Shown: in pieces, positions 51,490 through 63,844 of the stretch
Layout: every line of letters begins with the position of its first letter
Position numbering within the stretch: position 1 is the stretch's first letter
Assembly: GCF_021869535.1 (NCBI RefSeq)
Contig: NW_026262679.1
Coordinates: 87,358,001 to 87,422,000, forward strand
Direction: 5' to 3'
Length of the DNA stretch: 64,000 nucleotides
Source: Mytilus californianus
Taxonomy: Eukaryota
Position numbers and translations under genes: made by a program
Notes under the pieces: model-generated
The model's input: only the letters and a program-made list of their open reading frames with translations
What the model was told of the DNA's origin: nothing
Databases searched by the model: none

Positions 51490-51676
51490 CGGCCATCTTT
51501 GGTGTACTGCATGTGACGTCATATCGATAGGTATGCAAGATTGTTCTAAAGCTAGGTGCTTTTCACTTTCGTAGCGCCCTTGTAGAAGCCCGGTTGTGTG
51601 AGGAGCGTTTGTAGAAGGTCACTTGACCCGTATTTCTTTGATATTTGAAAAGGTTTTAAAACACAAAATCGTAAGT
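51490..51676 (+). promoter_or_regulatory. Candidate promoter and first exon: YY1-like, CRE and DRE motifs plus a splice donor
   Basis: CGGCCATCTT (51490-99), TGACGTCA (51514-21) abutting TATCGATA (51522-29), and ATC/GTAAGT at 51671. Confidence 0.4.
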
Positions 51677-53668
51677 ATCTTTGAATTTATATTGGCTTCG
51701 AATTTTATTAATTTTCTATCGTTTTTTTACTAACAGTCTTTTTTTCGATACGCTAATAAATTAGTTCTGTTTCTATGTGAAGCAAGAGGCAAAATGAACA
51801 GATATATTAGCATTAGGATTATTTATAATATATGAGGATGATATTTGATATTATCTGGAGATTTATAATTGACTCAAATCAGCATAAAATATTTACAATC
51901 ATGATGTACTAATGACTGAGACTAATGAGGACCTACTGTGACTGCACCCCGAGATGATAGTCTATGACAAAATAGATACATGGTAATTAGATTCGGACCT
52001 TACAGTTTTCGCAACACATGATACAGATTACTTGTATGTCTTGGCTTTATCATACAACATATTCAAAGTTTTGATAATGCATTTCAGATTTCAACGAAAT
52101 ACTTATGACTTTATTCGATCTGTATTTGTAATGTTAGATTTAATATTATAATATCCCGTTCACAGTTAGTGCTGACAATTCAGTTTAATATAAAAATCAA
52201 GAGATGTGGTATGATTGCCAATTAGACAACTATCCACCAGGTTTCAAATGAAGTGAATATAAGAAATTATAGGACACCGTACGGTCTTCAACAATGAGAA
52301 ACCCCCATACTGTATAGTCGGCTATAAAAGGCCCCGACATGAAAAATGTGAAACAATTCAAACTAGAAAACTAACGACCTAATTTATATATAACAAAACA
52401 ATTTACGAAAAACAAACACTGTGGATTCATCATTATTCGTGGTATACCAATTTACGTGTGTATATGTATACCACGAATTTAAATGTCAACGAAGTATACA
52501 TTTTCAAAAGGCTTGGATACAGATTTTCAAAGTTGGCTACAATTTTTGTGTACACATGTAATCTGGAATTAGCACTAAAATCGCTACGGTTGCTGTTTTA
52601 TCTATAACATACACATCTACTCCAACTTCAATCGGCATGATTAGAAGAAAATTTGGCAGTGTATCAGTTACCATAGTAACTACGTAGTATGTGTGAAGTT
52701 TGCCATTAATAACAGAATACCGTGTTATAGCAGATCAAAAATTCCTGTGGCATATAAATAGATGCCTTCTTTTATGTACCGTCTAAGTTTGTTGTCTCTT
52801 ATCATGAAAAACAAGTACATGTATGATAAGTGTGATCAAAAATGAAAATCAAGGCCCATAAAAATGTTCCATTTTCAACAAACTGAAATTCCTTATAAAC
52901 ATAAGTCATTTGCAGGGTTTTCCATTTCCATCACTTCCCTGGCCAACTAATTTGTTGTTTTGAATTTTGTTGATTCATTTGACCAGTTTGAAAAAAAAAA
53001 GTATTTAAATATTTAGATCTGTCACTTTGCCGGTATTTACTTTTGAGCTGTATGTACCAATAAAATGTTTGTATTTATAAACATTATAAATTCAAAGTTA
53101 CAGAGGTTAAATTAGAATCAATTTAATATATATCACATAGCTTATAGACCCTTACTTCTCCATATGAATGTGAGTAGAAAATTAACTATTTTGAAAAAGA
53201 ATTTTATTTGATAATAAATAGATAATTTCTATCCTATCTGTATTATTAGAATTGATAATGGGCCCTTATAACTGAAAAAAAAACGACAGAGGTGTGACCT
53301 ATCACCAACACATTATAAAAATCTAAATTAGGACAAAACACATATTTAAATTACAAAATTTCAATTACTACTCTCAGCAAATATCAAGATTTACACAAAA
53401 TTGATAAGTAAAAATATTTCACATGTTAATATAAAAATCTTTTTCTTTTTCTTTTATAAAATTCAAATTTAAACAGATTTTTAATTTAATTTATTTCATT
53501 TAATTTTGTTGTTGCAAAATTGCATATTTGATTAGGTATATGACATAATTAATCGATCGTCAAAAAAATCAGATGCCCTAACAGCACCGAGCTCGTAAGG
53601 GAGCCCCGGTGTGACATGTAATCAATATTTTACCGCTTTTGGCATGATATTGATCCGATAACAGGAAC

Positions 53669-53851
53669 CACATGTGTTGACTGCGATATCCGCAAGAGCC
53701 TCTTCACACATGTGGTAACAGTATACTACCCCTAATAGAACCTCATTACACATGTGGTTCATGTTATGCTATATATAATCTCAGTTGTGTATGCATCGAT
53801 CACTCATTGAACTCTGATAGTTTCTGACGGACACTACACACATTCCAAAAA
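53669..53851 (+). promoter_or_regulatory. MRLC: Probable MRLC core promoter and non-coding exon 1
   Basis: Three CACATGTG E-boxes (53669, 53707, 53749), CTATATATAA TATA/MEF2 site (53769-78), Inr-like TCACTC/TCATT at about 53800-08, donor AA/GTAAGT at 53852, matching acceptor TTTTTCAG at 55278-79. Confidence 0.6.
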
Positions 53852-55286
53852 GTAAGTCTTAAACATTATTTGCTACTTTAAAGATATTAGATAGTTTGTA
53901 TTAATTGATTCATACAAGCTTCGATAATAGTCTTAAATACAATAGTCAAAGTAAGTAAGATTTAAATACAATAGTCATACGTTTGATACTAATATATCAT
54001 ATTAAGACACTTCTCTCATCGTGCTTTAAAAATAATTTTTAAAATCGGAATTTCGAAACTATTGAATAAAAATAAATCCGCTCCGTAGACTAAATATTTC
54101 TGAAGGGAAATGAATATCAACATGCCATTTGTTGGTCACGACGGTATCATTATATTGAAAGGGATTTACTTTTGGTATATCACTGAACTACTATGTAGTG
54201 CTTTTTTTCTGCCATTTTTTATTACTTTTCGTATTTGTAGCAAGGACTGGTAAACGTTAGCATTTTATAGAGTAACTTACTTATATTATTAGTCTGAACG
54301 TATTACATTATAAAGTCTTGATATTGAGAACATGTTCTTACTTGCATTGCACTTTTCATTCGTTTTAGATAACACGTTTCGGTTTATGTTTCTTCTCGAA
54401 AATATTCGATTAACTGTTTATATAACCATTTCTCACAGTTCGACCCCCCCCCCCCCCCCTCCCTCCCTTAACGTTTTGAAAATAGCTTGTGAATTTGTAT
54501 TTGACTCCAGTCACGTGGCAAAGTGTACAGTCTTTAGTTTTATATATATTGGATGTATCTAAGATTCACCTGCTATTATATTGAGTAATTTATTAAATAA
54601 AGTAAACGGAACTATCGAAGTGATTTTAAAGAAGTAAATGCATTTTGCCACAAAACGGAAAATCTTTATAGTTTGAATTTAGGTAAGCTTGCATATATGT
54701 AGAAAAATCACATTTGTATTGGAAATTTCTGTAAAAATATGGAAGTATGCAGTTTCTTCGCGAAATGACTTTTCTGTTGTTTTATTGTGTTGATTTTGCT
54801 CATGTCGATCGTATAGTAGTTAACAGATGACCGCATATAGTCAAGTCAATTCTACCGAAGGTTTTCCTATACAACATGAATCTACTGATTGGTTTATTGA
54901 TGGCGGGTTAAAGTGCTAGCTCACAAGGTCAACAAAATCTTCAACAAATAGTAAAACAACAAAAATACCGAAATTTCAAAACGGAATGCCCCTTAACAAT
55001 TGGCAAAATCAAAAGCTCAAACACATCAAACGAATGGAAAACAACTGTCACATAGACAGGTTTCAATTAAATATGCCAAGGTCCAAAATGTCGTTTTATA
55101 GCAATCGGATTATAAGTTTTTGAACGTATTTAAAACTTCGTTTTCCCATTTTACAAAACACCCTGTTGGCTACTTCTTTATCCCACTACATTTGATATAA
55201 AGTGCACGTGTTCTTATATATTCACATGTCATTATGGCCTTTTTTAATATAAGTGAATTGATTTTTTTTTCTTTTTCAGAACAACT

Positions 55287-58200
55287 ATGTCTGAAGGAGA
55301 TGAAGTAAGTTTATATTACTCAATGCATGCTCTGTATTATTACTCAATTGGAATAGTAATAGTGCATAGATAACAAGAATGAATGAAATAAAAATGAAAA
55401 TAAAAGATTGGTCTTTGTATTACAACGACGTTCTTCTTAAATAAACTTTTAAGACTGTAAATCAGACCAGAGTAACTAGTGTAAAACGTTTTCGTGAATG
55501 AGTTATTTAGTCGCATGCTAGAGAAATAGCAACATAAAATACAACTGAATGCTCGAATTCCTTTCAAAGTAGATAAAGTAATAGATATATATATCTACCT
55601 CAATATTCTATTCAATAACAGGACAAGAAAACTCGAGCAGAAAGAGCGACGTCCAACGTTTTTGCGAAACTGCCGCAGAAACTTATGCAAGAGATGAAGG
55701 AGGTAATGAGTTTCACGATGTAGCAACTGTAGTCGTTAGACTTAGCTAATTAGATGTATGGTTTCTTTATTTTCAGGCCCAACAGAAAGCTAGAGCAGCT
55801 ACCTCCAGCGTTTTAACCAAGTTTAATCAGAAACAAATTCAAGAAATGAAAGAGGTGTGGAACGCATGCCTATGAGCATGCGCACTGCCGAAACCCCTTG
55901 ATGTTTTCAATAAACAAAAAGTTTGGCATGGGTGCGCAGCGTTCAAAACAAACTTTACCAAACACTAACGATTTTCACCTCGTTTCCAGGGCATGTTATG
56001 GTTTTTATTTCAGTTTCCGTCTAACGATCTTACAAATTCTCCCTTTGCTGACCCCTAATAGTTGAAGTGGATTTGAGTGAAAGAAACCCAACATTAATTA
56101 AACACCCTTTTTGTAACATTTAACAGATGTACGAGGACAAAATAGAGTATTAGAAAAACATACTGAAAAAAACGAGTTTGATTGAATTGGAATTAAAAAA
56201 TGAACCAGTTGAAATCAGCTTTCCGATGTTTGGGCAGAAAGTGTGCAGTAATAGATAGTTACAGTAGTTAGGCATTTGGCATTAATTTACTTTTTTTTCT
56301 GTTAATGTTAAAAGGTTTATTCTTTCAATTACAAGTATTCATTGTTTTATTATATCTTACAATAGTCGCTATTGCTTCTGAAAATTAACAACAAATTTTA
56401 AAATGTTTGGTTCAGAGCAGACTTACTTTTTCAGTTTGCTAATATTATTTAAAACGACTAATTGTCGCAAAAATCCGCGAATCATCCACTAATCATGATA
56501 TATTTTATCATTTGCATGAAATTCATTTGACCAATGAAAAATTACCTAGCATACAGAAATAATAGCGACTAAATGTTTCTTTCACGATTTTACTCCTGCA
56601 TGTTTTTTTTTTTAATTTGTTTTGGCATGCTGAGTGCAGTGGCGGTAAGATTACCCTAATTTAATTCTTAAAACTTTTTAGTATATCTTTAACGATTTTA
56701 GATTTGTGTTGATCAACCGATAATCAAGCTGTTTTTAATCTTTTTACAATCTTTTTAAAAGCAATTTATTAAAGAATACATTCATCTTTCATAAGTGTAT
56801 ATTGCTTAACTACAATGATATTTTGGACAATTTAATAATTTCTAAATCCAAACAAAGTTTATAAAATCATTATTAAAAGGACTGTCTCCTTTGAATAAAA
56901 CTAAAAACACCTGTTTGTTTATTCTAAAAACTACGTATTTCTTATTCGACTTTAGGCATTCACAATGATTGACCAAAACAGAGATGGTTTCATTGATCTA
57001 AACGATCTCAGGGAAATGTACTCATCGTTAGGTAAGTCATAGATTGTTTTTTCATTGTAATGTAAGTCATATACTGTACTCATCGTAAGCATAGTTGTAG
57101 ACTGTGTACTAACTATGCGGAAAGTCGTAAACTGTACTCATCGTCAGGTGAGCCGTATACTGTTTTCTCATTGTTTGTCGTAGACTGTATACTCATTTTA
57201 GGTAAGTCGTAAACTGTACTCATTAGTTACTCAACTCCCTGATTAGTTAGTTGTAGTCATCCCTTCGAAAATTTTATGGACGCCATCACGAGTTGGTTGA
57301 CCGTTATGGAAGATCTGTTTCACAGATGACGTTCCAATTGTCGTAACCACAACCCCGTCCTCTTTTCTCCGAATGTGACCTACTGAATTAGACTTATTAA
57401 CAGATTTGTTCTAACATGAGTAACACGACGGGTGCCATTTGTGGGGCAGGATCTGCTTACCCTTCCGGAGCACCTGAGATCACCCCCGGATTGTGGAGGG
57501 GTTCGTGTTTCTCAGTCTTTGTTTTTCTATGTTGTGTTTTGTATACTGTTGTTTGTCTTTTGGTACTTATCTTTTTTTGCCATGGCATTGACAGTTTATT
57601 TTCGACTTCTGAGTTTGAATGTCCCTTTGGTATCTTTCGCATCTCTTGTAGACTATAAACTTTTGTTTTTCCTCAAATGTTTTGTCTTACTTTCCAACTA
57701 TCCATTGCGAAACAACATATTATCATTGCGTAAATGGCAAAGGGTCGTATTAAATAACAAAGTTATATCTTTTGTCCAAATACCAGCAATGTAAGTTGTT
57801 GAAATCAATTGTTTTAATTCTTTTCAGCTTTGGTCTGTCTATACATTATTTTAAAATGTTGAAAAAAATAAAAATTTTCATAGTTTTTAAACTTTAGAAA
57901 AATAATTCATTTTATCCGGCTTCTTATTAAGTACTGTTGTTTTGACCATTCTCCTTGTTTCTTCGTGTTATGACGTTATCTGTCTTTCTTCGATTTCGGA
58001 TTTCCTCTTGTTATCTTCTTACTTCCCAAACTCATTCGTACACCGACTTAAACATTATAATACATGCAGTTGATATATCGATATATTATGGTTGTGTTTT
58101 CTTCATTTATTCGTCGGTTTTGTTGGCTTTCCTAAATTAGGTGTCGGTTCAACTACGAACAAGACCGCCGCTGAGTACTATAAGAAATTGTACATATCAT

Positions 58201-60360
58201 CATTAAAAAGCTGTACATTTTTTATTAGCGTTTGCATTATAATTATGAATGTGTGTTGCATGTATCAATAAATGTTTTTAGTGCATTAAATCTTATTATT
58301 AATGCAGAAAATTATTTTAATTACAGGGGCTGTTCCTCAAGAAACTGTAATGAAGGACATGTTAAAGGAAGCTCCCGGACCATTGAATTTCACAATGTTC
58401 TTGTCATTGTTCAGTGAAAAACTCAGTGGTGAGTATTTCATAAAACCACTTTTATAAAATTTTAAAAAAAAATTTAAAATTCTTTTTACAGTGGTATGTC
58501 GTGTGTCGTGTCTCATTTCCTATATTTACTGCCGATTACGATTGTCCAGGATATTTTTTCAAAACTATATGAATGAAATAAAATAAATGGACCGTTTAAT
58601 ATTCTGTTGTAAAGTACGACATACAACTGATGTAAATGACGATCATGTGCTTTCTGGATGGGGAAGTTGTAACCGGTGACCCTTTTTGCGTGATTGACAC
58701 GCTAACTTTATGGTGGGAACCATTTCCGCGCTTTGGGAGGGGTCCGTAGGTGATCCACGGAAAGATTAAACTTCTTACCACACTCAATATCCGATCCTCT
58801 CACTTTAAAAAAATATATCTAATTAGTTAACTAGTATTTGATCTGAATACGTATGAAATATTTATGATGTACACACACAGAATCAATTTTCAATTAGTGA
58901 TAAAAAAAAATCTGAAATATATGCTTTTCTTATATATGATCTCTTTTGCTATTTTTTAAACAAACAGAAAATGTTCAAACTAAATATTTATAAAATATTC
59001 TGGTAAAATATATGTAGTTTTCGAACATTGAAAATATAATTTGCTTTAATATACTAAATAAACTAGGTCTTTATAAATATCAATTCGTATTTTGTAATCT
59101 GTGTATACTTCTTCAAAACAACTAATCACTTTATCAATTTGTAGGTACTGACCCCGAAAACACAATCCAGAATGCCTTCTCAATGTTCGACGATGCAGGA
59201 AAGGGATATTTGCCAGAGGCTTAGTAAGTTTTTACATCTATTTTGTAGTCAAATATTGTGCAATTTAAAATTGCAATTTGTTTCAATATTTTTATATATA
59301 TAAATTTGTCTTCATATACTATTGAACTATTTAATATTATATTCTCCATTAGTTAAGGGACTGAATATATCTGTGAGTTCCATATAAAAGATAACCATTC
59401 ACTCAAACGAAAACAAGTTAATGTAAATGTCATTTTTTTGTCAGTAATTAGAAAATAATTGAGATTTATCTGATCTTTTCAGCATTAAAGATTTGCTACA
59501 AAATATGGGAGATAACTTCACCACAGACGAGGTAAGCATTGGCGGGTTTTTCTCTAGTTAACGTCTGTTGACTTTGTAACAAGAGACAAATGTGTATTTA
59601 CCTTTTTGTCATAGCTCTTTTAATTTGAGTGAAAATTGTTCTCCTTAAATTTTTATAATTATTTCTCGTTAACAATTCTAATTTGAATGTCAAAGTCTTT
59701 TAACATTTTAACTGAGATTCAAAATAAACACCTAACGAAATATGATACCGAAGAATGTCACATAGACGGCGAAAAATGGTGAAGCAAATGTGATATTTGC
59801 TTGCTCTTTTGAACAAGACTATGTTTTTTATGTTTTTGAACTTCGGTCATAGACCAAACAAAAGTACACTTTTCAGAAAAAAGAAAAAAAACTGCTTTAT
59901 TTAATGATACCCCTTTATGGATATTTCCTGTTTATAATGATTATCATCTGTAACTGTCTTTATGTGGTTTGCATGGACTAGTTGCCACTGGACGTAAAGT
60001 TAACAACAATGTATGTGTCGGAAGTCAATTACTACTGAACAAAATGCAATAAGGTACACGACTTCTGAAATAAATCCGCCAACTGGTATTTAGGATAACA
60101 GGTGCAAAAGTCTTTAACAGTATACAGCTTTTACCACCAAAGAAAATCGAATATGTTATTAAGATATTACCTCTGTAATAATATTTATATTTTTATATAG
60201 ATATAGTTTATACTTTGTCACCGTAGGGTACACACAACTTATGTCAATCTTATTTTGTTTACAGATGAGACAGACATTCAAAGAAGCACCCGTAGAAGGT
60301 GGAAAATTTGATTACAACAAATTCACAGCCATCATCAAGGGAAGCAATGTCGAAGATTAA
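55287..60360 (+). CDS. MRLC: Myosin regulatory light chain (molluscan muscle type), spliced, two isoforms of 166 and 165 aa
   Basis: Exons 55287-55304, (55622-55702 or 55777-55854), 56956-57031, 58327-58428, 59145-59223, 59483-59531, 60265-60360; all GT-AG and phase-consistent. EF-hand [71 protein letters not shown]. Confidence 0.97.
55622..55702 (+). CDS. MRLC: MRLC alternative exon 2a (smooth/catch-type, MLCK motif)
   Basis: DKKTRAERATSNVFAKLPQKLMQEMKE; phase 0-0; RATSNVFA as in smooth-muscle RLCs. Confidence 0.93.
55777..55854 (+). CDS. MRLC: MRLC alternative exon 2b (striated-type)
   Basis: AQQKARAATSSVLTKFNQKQIQEMKE; phase 0-0; resembles the scallop striated RLC SGVLTKLPQKQIQEMKE. Confidence 0.92.
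56956..57031 (+). CDS. MRLC: MRLC exon 3 (EF-hand 1)
   Basis: [25 protein letters not shown]; TTTAG acceptor and G/GTAAGT donor. Confidence 0.97.
57017..57232 (+). repeat. Degenerate about 28-30 bp tandem repeats derived from the exon 3 donor junction
   Basis: Repeated ACTGTACTCATCGT.AGGT.AGTCGTA units starting inside exon 3. Confidence 0.75.
57255..57650 (+). mobile_element. 5'-truncated Naiad-type retroelement end (last RT codons plus 3' UTR) in MRLC intron 3; related copies at about 61600-61835 (-), 27310-27630 (-) and 43660-44040 (+)
   Basis: Encodes LRKFYGRHHELVDRYGRSVSQMT, followed by the AGTAACACGACGGGTGCC..GCAGGATCTGCTTACCCTTCCGGAGCACC tail. Confidence 0.85.
58327..58428 (+). CDS. 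MRLC: MRLC exon 4
   Basis: [34 protein letters not shown]; phase 1-1. Confidence 0.97.
59145..59223 (+). CDS. MRLC: MRLC exon 5
   Basis: GTDPENTIQNAFSMFDDAGKGYLPEA; phase 1-2. Confidence 0.97.
59483..59531 (+). CDS. MRLC: MRLC exon 6
   Basis: [17 protein letters not shown]; phase 2-0. Confidence 0.97.
60265..60360 (+). CDS. MRLC: MRLC last coding exon
   Basis: [31 protein letters not shown]. Confidence 0.97.
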   Translation: [31 protein letters not shown]

Positions 60361-63310
60361 AGGACAATCATGTGATAAACAAACTCATTTTCCATTGCCG
60401 GATATGTAAAATTCAGAGACATGTGATTGTAGTATATCCCAAAAAGTGACAGTTTATTTATTGTAGCATTTATTTATTTATTTAGAAATGTAGGAAGAGC
60501 TATTGAATTTTATATATCCGTGATAATGTCTTTAAAACCTCATATCAGGAATATTTCAAGCCAAAGAGAGAAACCATTCCATTTTCTTATTTGACTGCTG
60601 TTAGCACTCCCTACCGGGCCTCATTTATCAGGAAGCGCTACAGTGTTGTCATGGAGGCAGAAAAAACATCTGTTGATTACAATAACATCGTAATCAGCCT
60701 CCTACATATTCTGTTGGCTTGGGATGCTCCGGTAATACGATGCCTGCACCAAATATAGCTCATATCGTCTGCAACACGCACGTGCAGCAATAACTGATCA
60801 TTACTATCAAGGCATCAAAATTAATCTTCTCCAATATATATTCGATTTACTTACAATGCCTTGGGGTGGGAGGCTTTTAATATATAAATGAACTATTCCC
60901 TTCTTTTGTGATTTTATTTATTTATTATGTGAACATGATTTGTATAAAATGACCTGTCATTTCATGGCAATAATTATCCCCGGGGATATTAATCTGGAAG
61001 AATGCGTGATGTCTGTCAGTAAGCTGTCAGTAGACAAGTACTTGAACTACTGCTGGTGCCATAGTTACTGTACTTTTACTTACTTGTTTTGGTTAGTAGT
61101 ATACCACATGGTATACTTTTTACCAATAAGGGTAAATGTGAAAGTTGTGATATCTGATAGTAATTATGGTGACCAAGAACATCTGAGTGGAGTGTTACCT
61201 GTAACCTTCTTACATGTATAAAAATAAAATCCTCTGTGCACAGAGTTAATATTTGTCTGTTTTCTATTATCTGTAAGAGATAATATTATTAGCCACACTG
61301 AGTACTGAATGATCTTGATAACCAAAATTCTAGCATTTGCCATTGAAATAACAGTTCCCAATTAGGTGTACCAAGTCAGGATTATGACAGTTGTTTTCCG
61401 TTCATTCCGTTTGTTGATATAGTCTAACGTTTGATTTTGTCAGGTATTTTGGGGCTTCCCCCTATTTGGATTTACTTTGGAGTTCGGTATTTTGTTATTT
61501 CATTTTTATGTATTAGATCCTAGATCCATTGTATTTGTCTTGGTAATTTAAATCATTTGAGTTTTTTGTTCTTGGTAGTTTTGAAAGATTTGAATTCAGG
61601 GTTCGTCATTCGGAAAACTGAGGCAAAAGATACCAAAGGGATATTCAAACTCATAAGTCGATAACAAAACTGACAATACCATGGCAAAAAACGACGATAA
61701 GACATACAGTACACAAAACACAACAAAGAAAACTAAAAACTGGGCAACAAGAACCCCATCAAAGACCGGGGGGATCACAGGTGCCCCGGAAGGATAAGTA
61801 GATCCTGCTTCACATGTGGCACCCTTCGTTTTGATCATGCTAGTACAGAGTAAATTACCTGATTTTAAGAGAATATATCTATACTTGGGAAGTGTTCATA
61901 AGACAACGGTCTCATGATGAAATAACCGAATAACTTTGAAAAGAAAGGTACACTATTGTCCTAAAAGAAAGGAGTTGTACAGATATATACACGTATACAC
62001 CGAAACTATTTTTCTTCAACAGATATATATTAAATCAGGTAATAATCTGTGATTTTTACAAACGTTAGGGACAGATATCTGTAAAGTTATTATTGTTTGA
62101 TACGTGAGGTATACGTCAATTCAATGGCACAAATAACCTACAGATCTAGAGGTCAAGAACTACACAAGATGTTGAACAATATAGGTGTCTATACAATCTG
62201 AGATAACTGTAAAACATTGTTATGTAATCTCAGATACAATGTTCCAAGCTCTAAACCGCACTAAAAATTAACAGACTAACTAAGGTCTGGAATTAACATC
62301 AAATTCGCCAAAAAAAACCACTGAAGATGTGACTATAAGATATTCCCGACGAATGGTTTTGATGCTAGTCTTCATACCAAAGTATTTCAAGTACATGTGT
62401 ACTAAATGCAATGTTTCAGTGTAACCTTGTATAAAATGTAAAAAACAAATCTGCTGAATATTTAGCTATTAATGTAGCAACGTTACGTAACCCTGAGCAA
62501 TTAATCTGCAATATAGACAGGAATTTAATTGCTTAACAAACAATTTTCATCGTATGCTTACTAGAAACCGCACCCTCAAATGCACATTCCATAAGCTTCA
62601 TGGATTATGATTGCTATCAGCAATTAATCATCGTACATTCATAAGGTACTGTCTATTCAACATCAACGATTATTTCTCGTTAGAATTGCTAGAGTTCCAT
62701 TGGGGTGTAATAACCTCCTACACGTACATACAAAATAATGGTACAATCAACACTTGAGAAATAATTATCAATTATTGTTCTTTTATCAATAACCTCACAT
62801 AAAGGTAACCATAGGATCACATTAAGAGAAACACTTAGAAAAACTGAATACATTTCTTATTATCTTTTGTATACTTCAAACATCATTAGAATATATATTA
62901 TATTTGATTATTGTAAAAATCGGCATAAACTTCAAAGGCGACAGAACATGCTTTTGGTTGGACGGGAAAAATACGGTTTGGGGTCAAGACAAATTAAACG
63001 TTTTTTTCTCAAAGGTTTTGATAGCAGAAAAAAAAAGAGTACATGGTTAATTCAATATATTTTTTTTATTATTGATAAATGTTTTAGTCGGCATAGTGGT
63101 TTTATATAATGTATCACCCTTCACAACAGATAAATACAGCTGATATTCAAGGTTTGCTATGTACTTGCCAAAAGATATCATATACTGTGTTAAAACCTTT
63201 AATAAAAGCCGACGAGGAGAGGCATTACTTGACTAACAAAATCTATACTTATTTCATATAGCCTATTTCGTCGAGTGGTTTAGGCTATATGGAAAGCCTG
63301 TCTGTCATCT

Positions 63311-63344
<34 letters not shown>

Positions 63345-63844
63345 GAGAACGATAATACTAACCATGCAGCTACCGTATATCAAAATTTTTTGTTTTTTTT
63401 AGTCTTGTTCGTCTAAAGATGTGACAACTGTACGCCGGATATTCTCCATTGATAACCTGAATTACCACCTAAAAATATTCTTCGTCTAAAATTAAAATTT
63501 AACCCGAAAATACTTGATCAGGAAAGAAGCATGGCCAATTTACCCGGAATTTGTTTTACACCAAGGCCATTTTGTAAAATCTTTCAATCCTTACTTGAAT
63601 TCACAGTGTCAAAGCCCAATGTGTGTATATGTGTACTTTAATGTTTTAACAATATTATGGCTCATTTCTAAATAGATCGCCTCTGGGACTATTATACTAG
63701 TAGTCCCAGATCGCCTACATAAATTATAAACGCCGGAAGTGAGCCCGAAAACCGCAATTTTGATAGATTTGGGCAAATGTTTAGTATTCATCCCTAAAAA
63801 TATATAAGATAAACTTATCAAAGATACCAGGCTTATAATTTCGT

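Noticed and set aside
56625-56650. Possible MRLC microexon (..TGCAG/TGGCG/GTAAGA)
   Set aside because: Candidate lengths of 5 or 10 nt would frameshift a phase-0 intron, and the protein is complete without it.
58640-58800. GC-rich block in MRLC intron 4 as an alternative exon 5
   Set aside because: No similarity to GTDPE.. in any frame and no suitable splice sites.
63311-63342. Long poly-T run (also poly-C at 46585 and 54445, and T-rich tracts at 48055 and 50338)
   Set aside because: Simple homopolymer or low-complexity tracts with no evidence of function.
242-63821. Most short ORFs of the six-frame track
   Set aside because: Low-complexity F/L/I/K-rich translations of AT-rich intronic or repeat DNA, or antisense frames of transposon remnants. 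They show no domain motifs or splice support.
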